64,000 nt of DNA from a virus. Shown here piece after piece: positions 59,101 through 64,000 of the stretch (its first letter is position 1; every line of letters begins with the position of its first letter). Where the stretch lies: IMG/VR virus record IMGVR_UViG_3300003323_000541, positions 1 through 64,000 of that record, one strand, 5' to 3'. The notes below the pieces were generated by a model. The model was not told the DNA's origin and ran no database searches. It saw nothing but the letters and a program-made list of their open reading frames with translations. Position numbers and translations under genes: made by a program.

Positions 59101-62100
59101 ACAACCTATCTTTTCAGATATATTGGAAAACTCCAACACCAGATTAGTTAATATTGCTAATGTCCTTTCTGCGAAGAACGACAGGTTCGAGAATGCTACA
59201 ACATATATAGGAGGGGATGGGAAACCCCGATGGTATTTAACGGCTTCTTCACAAGCTATAGATACGATGGTAAATATCATCAATCAACGAATATTACCAC
59301 CTTATTTACGTAAGAACAGCTTCTATAAGTTCAATCCGATTAATCCGTCTTCTGGTCTTAATATCAATAAGGTATATTCTTATTTTGATCACGACTCTTT
59401 GAAGAATGACTTTAGTGGTTTCACTCAGTTATACAAAAGAGAGAAAGAGAAAGGGTGGTTGGACCGTAATTTCAATTTCCAGTTCCTGGCTGCTTTGTCT
59501 AATATCAGTCAATTTGATGATAAGGTATACGCTCAACAGGTATTCACCATATCGAACAAACCAAATATATTAGGTGCGTTCATGAAGGTACTTGATGATA
59601 ATGCATTACGTAAATCTATTGGAATAGCTTTATTACAAGAGTCCGTAAGATCAGAAAAAGATATTAAGAATTATGATAAGAACCTTAACAAAAGTTATAT
59701 CATAGGTCAAGATAATAAGATAACAATTGAAGATGTTCGCAAAGCTCTGAACAATAATGAACTTACTGCAGAACAGTTACAGCAAATGTTGTCCACCGAT
59801 AAAGGCTTCAATACACTATGGAGCTCATTAAAACTAGATAGAAGAGTTAACACAGTTCTATCTAAGCTTGAGAACGATTCTGTTGATATCGCAAAAATGA
59901 TGGTAGAACAGAAGATGATTTTCGATAGTCGTCTACCAAGTGTATATAATTCTTTATTACAGGACAGAGTATTCAACTTCCCAGGAACATTCAGGAAATA
60001 CAAGATTGAAACTGATACCTTCAATGACAGGAACAAAACAGAAGGGTATGATATTAAATATACCGAGATACTTCCTCTTGTAGATCTTTGGGTAAAAAAT
60101 AACTATATCAATAGCTTATTCCTCAATCAGCTTCTAACAGGAGATGAAGCTTACTTTAAAAATGCCGTAGATGAGATAAAACGTATGAGCGGTGCTCATG
60201 CTATTGGTCAGAAGGGTAATGTCATGGGTAAGTGGGGAATGAGAGAGAAGTTTAATGTTATTGTCGGAAAAGACATAAAGGACATCTTCAAAAGCGAATA
60301 TAAGGACGATCCAAGATTTCGACGACTATTAGAGAAATCTTTTGAATCTACAGATGGACAAGGATTCATGACTCCTGAAAGATATAACGATATTGTTAAA
60401 GGATTCGGACAATCTTTTAAATTAGGTAAAGTTCTTAAGCCTGTTCATTATGAGATAGATAAGGATGGTATTCCAAGATTCCTAAAGTATTCTTCTATTG
60501 TTCTTACAGATGAACTTGTTAAAGCTTTTCCTGATCTAAGAACCCTTAGAGATAAAATGCAAACTAATGGAATGCATGAAAACGATCTTCGGGTATTTAC
60601 CGAGTTTATGAACAGAAAGCTTGGACAAGGTAATCCACTTAAATCCTATGAGCTTGATATACTAAATAGAATAATTGAGGACAATATTAATAGTGGAAAT
60701 CACGTTGATGAATTTGTATTTGAGACTGCTCTTAAAGTTGGTGTACCAAATAAAACTGTACCTGTAGAAGAGGAAAGACACACTGATTTCTCTTCAGCAA
60801 CTAAGTTCACCTTAAGTAACTATAATTATCGTATACAGCTTAATCCTAAGCACCATACAGATTCTCACGTAAAAACTCCCTCTCAGATCATCTATCAGCT
60901 TAATACTAATACCTTGAACCTGGATGCTGCTAATAGAGTTTATGGACTCTTGTCAAGACTAACGGACATGGGTTTAGAGAAGATGTCTGAGGTTCTTGGA
61001 AAGAAAGCAGGTATTGATAAGAACCAATTAAAGAAGGTGAAGGATACTATTGCTAGCAAGGTTAAATATTCTTCCACCGATAAAAGGTTTGCTGAACTTA
61101 TAAACAACAAGGATATTAGTATTAATTTTCCTTATATTGTCCGTAAAGCTATAGCAAGCCTCAATTCAATGGTATCCAATGCTACAGTGGGTACAGAGTT
61201 TTCTGGGACAAAGCTTGTATTAGAATCGGCATATGGAACAAGAACTCAGGATATAATGACTAAGAACGGTATTAGAAAATACCCAGAACTAGTAGTTGAT
61301 CCTAAGAGTGGTGAATATTACATGGAATGTTATTTACCGGATATTGGTAATTTGAGAAAGAAGCTGAATATTTCAGATGAAGTATTCTTTGAAAGTAAAG
61401 ACCTCTCTACTTTATTTGGATTCCGTATCCCTTCTACAGAGCTTCACTCTGCAGTTCCGATTAAAGTTATTGGATTTTATCCTGTTGAAAAAGGATCAGA
61501 AGAGAATATTATCATTGCACCAAAAGAACTGGTTTTGCTTCATGGTTCAGACTTTGATGTGGATTCATTGTTTGCTATCAGAAAAGATCCTCTTACAAGA
61601 GACCTTAATGACTATGATGGTAATGTAATATATAATACTGGTGATGTACTTCAGGGCTTTGAAACAATCAACAAGATTGAAGCCATGATCAAAGACTATT
61701 ATTCAGATCTATCAGCAGGGGATAAGAACTATAATGGTAAAGAAAAGGATAAGCTTACTTCTACTTTAAAGTCTCTGGATAAAGCTCTTGAAACAGCTAT
61801 TAAGAACACCGTCATTAGTGAACTATTGGATATAATCCAATCTAGTAAGAACCTGGAATCAATGATGGCTCCTATCACTATGGACAGATTCAATGGTGAT
61901 GCTATAGCGGGAGAAGAAAGGGTTATCCCTATGATCGAAAGGGTAACAGGTAAGAAGTTCACAGAACAATATGACTTAAAGAGATTACCTGATCAATTGA
62001 AGATGCACCAGGACAACTTCCTTGGTGTATCATTAACTGGACAGTTTGCTAATTATTTCAAAGCTTTAGCATATATTTTCCATTCAGTTGGTGAAAACGC

Positions 62101-64000
62101 TGATGTTCCGTTAAAGGATAAATATCATATCACCGTTGATGGATTTAAATATACATCTTTACATCGGACAGAAAGAACCAAAGATGGCGAATTAGAAGTT
62201 GTAATCAACGATCGTGGTGACAAACAGGTATATACTATATGGGAGACATTAGACTCCCTTATAAACGCTGCAATTGATAATGTGAAGGTTCAAATACTTC
62301 CCAAGATAAATGCTACTAATAATACAGCTAAAGGTCTTGTTTCCTTAATCGCAATGGGGGTACCTGTTCATACGGTAGTTAAGATTCTTTTACAACCCTC
62401 AATAATGGAACTGTCCAAGGGAATTCAATTACCAATGTTAAAAGGTCAAATCAAGAACAAGCTCGCAATGTTAAAGCAAATTAATGTTGAAGAACTTCCT
62501 CTTGAGGATCATCTTAATAATACATCCATAACATCGGAAAATCTGGAAAGAGATATCAACAAAAAGATAGATGATATGAACTTTGAGGAACTTCTGTTCC
62601 AATACTATCTGATTGATACATTCCAGACAGTTAGTGAGATGGGTGATTACATATCTAATACATCAGGATTTCTTAAGATATTAAAACACTTACCAAGCAA
62701 CTATGCGGATGTTCAGGATGTGATGGACAAGATTGATACTATTTATAAGGACACAGAAGCAGAGTCCAGAGAGTTCAAGGACAACTATCCATTCATAGGA
62801 GCAGATATCTTGTCTATTCCTCATATACAATCAGCATTTAAAACCATTAAAAAGCTTAAGACCAGACTAGAACAAATCTTCCTTGTAAACAATAAAGCTC
62901 TTATTGAATTCTCAAAGAAGATCAATCAAATAGTTAAGATTGGTTTAGCAGAACAAAACTATGACACCAACGAGAACCTTGCAAGAATTCGTGAAGAGTT
63001 CTTAAAATATATCCTCACTGGATATAAGGAAATAATCGACGGTAAGGAACTCTCAATGGATACAACTAATGAAAAACCATATAAAGGCTTTAAAGGTGTA
63101 GATGCATGGGTTCAAAGATTCATTGATGAAACTCTAAGACCTGCTGTTGAGAATAATACAAATAACCTGTTCCTGTCCAATATAACCATTGAGAAGAGTG
63201 TTCGTAAGGGTGAACTATCCAAACAGTATATATCCTTCTTAAAAGGTTCACAAATGAACAATGATGAGCTTTATGAAATGGAAATATACTTCGATAAGCT
63301 ATCGGATGACGGTAAGATTAGTGATCTGCAATTAGGATTAATTAAATATGCTGTATTGACCCAAGGATTATCATTTGGAGCAAGAAGCTATACTGCAGTT
63401 ATCCCACCAAGATACTGGACTGGTATAAACCAATATATTGATAATCAATTATTGGACATCTTCGCGGATGAACAAAAAGGAGATTCGAAGTTCGATAACC
63501 TTTTAACACATTTTGCAGCTCAATTACTTTCGAAGAATACAGAAAGTCTTATTGATGAACGAATCAAAAAGAACATTGTTAAAACCGGTAATACAAAGAT
63601 GGTTCGAGGTAAAGAAGCTTTCTTGTATCGTGGAAAAGACTCATATGGTTATTTTGATCTTAAGGTGAAAGGTGGTGGCTTTAAATCGTTCATCTCTCAA
63701 TATGGGTCCATATATTATAATATTGGAGAAGTCGAGCAAGCAGGAGAGATTACTACATACTTCCAGAAAGTTAAGAATGAATATTCATCTGGACACTATC
63801 AGTTCAACAATGAACTATTTAAGAACGGATATGATATACAAAAGGTGTTTGGTAAGGACATACTTGCTGTTCAGCTTGATGAGCCATCAAGGACTATTGA
63901 ACTGACTAGAAGTGAATATACAGATTCCTATAGCTTCAAAGAAGGAATGGAAATCTATACACATTTAGCTTCTGATCCATTAAGACTTGAAATGAAGAAA
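50192..64000 (+). CDS. giant virion RNA polymerase polyprotein (SF1 helicase + zincin + two-barrel RNAP), 3'-truncated
   Basis: ATG 50192; same-frame GTAGTGKS (54047), IILDE (about 54254), LGDPNQ, AQGRT, SSSRA, HEVFH (57281), STDGQG, FRIP, GSDFDVD (D at 61550); absent from ORF track, consistent with no stop before window end. Confidence 0.9.
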   Translation, partial: MFELDELGNPIIDPLTGKPKVSMSSMQGITPGASNQSSIVDKGKSLFLGNIGEELGVESYDQQFADRLYQPSLTFSEQRTGDEVKERAEYDQKKKNDLYFDTDLNEQKAFNQTGMDQLANGLAKAFGIAGTTFAESLGGLPIGLYNVAVSGGQGSAFYDNDFTQTLDSFNEWMKEQFPNYYSSAEQKLGLGESLLTTNFWGDKFGNGLGYMAGSVLAAMATRGLSLGSNLTKSTQILRALGKDYAKIQRALQVGNLVQKEAQIVNLGNKIDKLIATGVSAIGESSVEARSTRNDIIQDLTTKRDSGDPRYSWMTDNDIIREADTAGNLSFGLNMALVGSSNFVQFGKLFSNKYDVARRLIADNVVKEGSEYLVRPSTMKNVFNIAKSPFVEAFQEGAQYWTEQTLSDYFENGTRGTDYAKQFLQSSVKGLEETLGSREGQESMLLGGILGGLFGGIGAVKENSDKKKKEFATANYLNQFGDLESIKPLVQSLANHNGYQTTLENSLLTDDQFNYENAKFGQTFNYIQSRIDAGRFDLLEDELNAYSQLPKDEFESTFSTELKAGETPANRVASIKKLAYRLDEISDMMDTRFPDVPSYLRNGMKYALATTENIDNRISDISNQIANYTGYIPSGADVALYNSIQKDVKEKISSLVRDWRDEVDFDKRIDIENQIKKLARTNVEITKKKLPQLTKGAVGTSFDDAVELGTFLNFFNRLDQFIQENPHISDDLVKKVNDITKLQQRREQFIKDYKDLVTEQGQRKMKKKIEEAIARITDPTVKPRLSNLSSEDYLDYENNRLGYIKDNRLELYKNTLNNSSKFAEDISLASTKDQKEQIGNEMMKQGVYIDPDLKKQLTDVHKSEEDRLNELGDRLQQIAQQGTPGFDEEGEETSIYTPEQELEVDSITKEMEALEAQQQRNRDFINRMESYSVAQQEVELTDGELRIKIAKEFIDKSNGILQNFELDEDYQDINSVKDQIGELKALRAIFSKRTDESLTKEEKVSVIASIDSVLEKLDNIKDEIEKRIENRERTNTELWEQTSVGTFSQLGYDLDNNMVNNEPLYNIIRTPIDAVDLGLVDNILSRSKQDKNVVLADYIKQKLSEYTKGDKKAFIAQIDSIYNEIYDDVIESKRIQSRDFSNKDKIISQYKLNPKRGFNELLKIIRDQMDLEVDSPFSVFIKDQNLPKFRRAIQKQDRTDSVVSSEEIINIIDNHQRLSDLYDLKTDINSDYSIIQEILDEQSIASKLKEGDLVPSKQQLIAIRETVKWYFTSKENEAFKNWAYLKGTAGTGKSSVISTWVKKLINLNNAEIYGVGHNDISSENINRLLGTSAKTSIADLLGKLRDNSLSDKTKLIILDEVAALSTRELIEIDNALIAHNKWRLDNKKNQVKILSLGDPNQITKYPTPPIENSSESFGEQGTLYSTEDFINITNISPLTIVYRTDVAPITEFANKFLQKKLDVRSEPVYVTSNVSNIDTAVASTGVYGAKEFKKDLLRYLNNQTLTDGKKRVVIVNPEDIDSYKNFIANAGIDLSKIEVIDPVDAQGRTIDEVFLSLESKGSVRSTVFYNPQMYVSSSRAKTFLMIGELNTINVFDADVAAKKEDRSKENTQRLNNFKEDRDKEKELLSDQIGNQTAKKTFAQKTEETNPKKDDQVKDPTEIEKEEDFEVTQEEIELAISSHETNDDIQSIEQSDVMQEPLANVKVSEGKKAHILSEPTSSSIAKENTPGVKAGDNVLFIKVRDTNIDNTKDVIKVVQKAEEEDEYRIVAVLNNNELNGPFSFLRSMLSTDSKRTIVEPIRTESGNIVIRKSNIDPVYKSKVVSARTLSYDYSSESVPLSQEEKERTIDKFMDTFFRKERRPQGLRYKVEMYTNNDIKKLRNNNKIPDEFIVDPGVPYIHITSPKAKGSKSFVTKDQFIRLSPAKYNINKHSELFTPLQDFISLASDLENITKQSIGDPLFNKAIRDVANGFYDTPEVESSNIDVNNQQVVDLCKRVFDLVYQLPPEESQVVRKGETVKVKDDSPEAPLTDKNGVTRPRKILNVETEDGQKIAVFEGGRRIPFSELEWSGKRTAGPAQHALNLLALSNLTAGDFGLARITRVKVGDKTQYIRTGKSLLGDSTVGISSFTLRPYLQRLEGRRQRLDPSYKPISSTSVNLIKSQYSEEEFQNLSTLVGSLPSLYDLKMLLDFDSQTGDSVVNQGFGLRVPIPKSKRVADQNVPLDKFDNLEDYLTTNFEGVIPTQVVIEIDNDSAVIEDSNPKTSEDEERLGGRDIEDDLFGSWGSRLLTEERAEGKDLGYELQTREVLNYIKSLLPNINESQLKFLSSTEMLKITKGIKAYGLWRDGVIYLQTNKDNKVNTRVIRHEVFHEVYNNYLTNKERSKLLKIARRDYSLNDQTDVQVEEFLADKYQEWETKKSKPTSFITSIFKKIKDLFDFIFNNNSVIDQYFDKIDSGYFNKYSLDPLRGERYSSPVVKKFDTVEGFREAKRLLLKKLDDYKNPTKQSDSHNQFPVVESKSQLLNVPMTTSEAIYYTMRDIKVGLYTLTERYKEREGPLTEKEKHRLDALTRLSDPSVFKEMLKDIYPTYQNANLSFIDRLDTHFDPNKYISQGITEGETTEDFEDEWENLDEDVANLYEQIVEGDRINWENRLTESVKHFLSSILLNGEPINSKQAYAVLGRVLTNITGNSASEKIKQIKQAFLTFKSQSKTTIAIENELVRLISFLDEEQPVPQLKKIVSNFGTFKFSAENSTNLDLFEYPTQRLVNGKLERYIVRVNKSGTDSAGNKINIGTSAFFRKIKNLVDQHNKENNLKDEFDLTDLKVLYLRAYYANTLNEMMASLNSLRTKNVWYGLKTYDYGKPKWRYSPFEKEIDKALQLSVIKDKLSQKYPVLQNYYRSYYNVKSAQDKKNHLNNLFKSLGLGKGDIAMTYSQAVTIHEDILRMVDEFENSRKEAKLNPKTIENEDGVTVEVQPIFSDILENSNTRLVNIANVLSAKNDRFENATTYIGGDGKPRWYLTASSQAIDTMVNIINQRILPPYLRKNSFYKFNPINPSSGLNINKVYSYFDHDSLKNDFSGFTQLYKREKEKGWLDRNFNFQFLAALSNISQFDDKVYAQQVFTISNKPNILGAFMKVLDDNALRKSIGIALLQESVRSEKDIKNYDKNLNKSYIIGQDNKITIEDVRKALNNNELTAEQLQQMLSTDKGFNTLWSSLKLDRRVNTVLSKLENDSVDIAKMMVEQKMIFDSRLPSVYNSLLQDRVFNFPGTFRKYKIETDTFNDRNKTEGYDIKYTEILPLVDLWVKNNYINSLFLNQLLTGDEAYFKNAVDEIKRMSGAHAIGQKGNVMGKWGMREKFNVIVGKDIKDIFKSEYKDDPRFRRLLEKSFESTDGQGFMTPERYNDIVKGFGQSFKLGKVLKPVHYEIDKDGIPRFLKYSSIVLTDELVKAFPDLRTLRDKMQTNGMHENDLRVFTEFMNRKLGQGNPLKSYELDILNRIIEDNINSGNHVDEFVFETALKVGVPNKTVPVEEERHTDFSSATKFTLSNYNYRIQLNPKHHTDSHVKTPSQIIYQLNTNTLNLDAANRVYGLLSRLTDMGLEKMSEVLGKKAGIDKNQLKKVKDTIASKVKYSSTDKRFAELINNKDISINFPYIVRKAIASLNSMVSNATVGTEFSGTKLVLESAYGTRTQDIMTKNGIRKYPELVVDPKSGEYYMECYLPDIGNLRKKLNISDEVFFESKDLSTLFGFRIPSTELHSAVPIKVIGFYPVEKGSEENIIIAPKELVLLHGSDFDVDSLFAIRKDPLTRDLNDYDGNVIYNTGDVLQGFETINKIEAMIKDYYSDLSAGDKNYNGKEKDKLTSTLKSLDKALETAIKNTVISELLDIIQSSKNLESMMAPITMDRFNGDAIAGEERVIPMIERVTGKKFTEQYDLKRLPDQLKMHQDNFLGVSLTGQFANYFKALAYIFHSVGENADVPLKDKYHITVDGFKYTSLHRTERTKDGELEVVINDRGDKQVYTIWETLDSLINAAIDNVKVQILPKINATNNTAKGLVSLIAMGVPVHTVVKILLQPSIMELSKGIQLPMLKGQIKNKLAMLKQINVEELPLEDHLNNTSITSENLERDINKKIDDMNFEELLFQYYLIDTFQTVSEMGDYISNTSGFLKILKHLPSNYADVQDVMDKIDTIYKDTEAESREFKDNYPFIGADILSIPHIQSAFKTIKKLKTRLEQIFLVNNKALIEFSKKINQIVKIGLAEQNYDTNENLARIREEFLKYILTGYKEIIDGKELSMDTTNEKPYKGFKGVDAWVQRFIDETLRPAVENNTNNLFLSNITIEKSVRKGELSKQYISFLKGSQMNNDELYEMEIYFDKLSDDGKISDLQLGLIKYAVLTQGLSFGARSYTAVIPPRYWTGINQYIDNQLLDIFADEQKGDSKFDNLLTHFAAQLLSKNTESLIDERIKKNIVKTGNTKMVRGKEAFLYRGKDSYGYFDLKVKGGGFKSFISQYGSIYYNIGEVEQAGEITTYFQKVKNEYSSGHYQFNNELFKNGYDIQKVFGKDILAVQLDEPSRTIELTRSEYTDSYSFKEGMEIYTHLASDPLRLEMKK

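Noticed and set aside
16353-63905. Short antisense and alternate-frame ORFs inside terL, portal, MCP, muzzle and the RNAP gene
   Set aside because: Shadow ORFs of long coding frames, with no motifs or initiation signals
1-64000. CRISPR array, diversity-generating retroelement, integrase
   Set aside because: No spaced direct repeats, reverse transcriptase motif, TR/VR pair or recombinase motif noticed

Overview
64 kb of an AT-rich crAss-like (Crassvirales-type) phage genome, probably infecting a Bacteroidota host; standard genetic code. Positions 1-13.1 kb are a leftward accessory/early region of small ORFs with interspersed RNA genes: four canonical tRNAs, a topologically rearranged tRNA-Arg(UCU), two tRNA-like RNAs lacking a proper anticodon loop, and a tmRNA interrupted in its T-loop by a group I intron. 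One rightward two-gene cassette sits inside this region. From about 13.25 kb the rightward late region carries a large terminase with two LAGLIDADG inteins (one class 3), portal, scaffold-like protein, major capsid, ring/tail/fibre proteins, a lysis cassette, muzzle and cargo proteins. It ends in a >4,600-codon ORF missing from the ORF track (50192 to beyond the window end) that fuses an SF1 helicase, a zincin motif and a DFDVD-type virion RNA polymerase. Six rightward units share an ECF-sigma-like promoter, YGWAAC-N16-CGTW. All calls come from manual motif and synteny recognition; no database searches were run.
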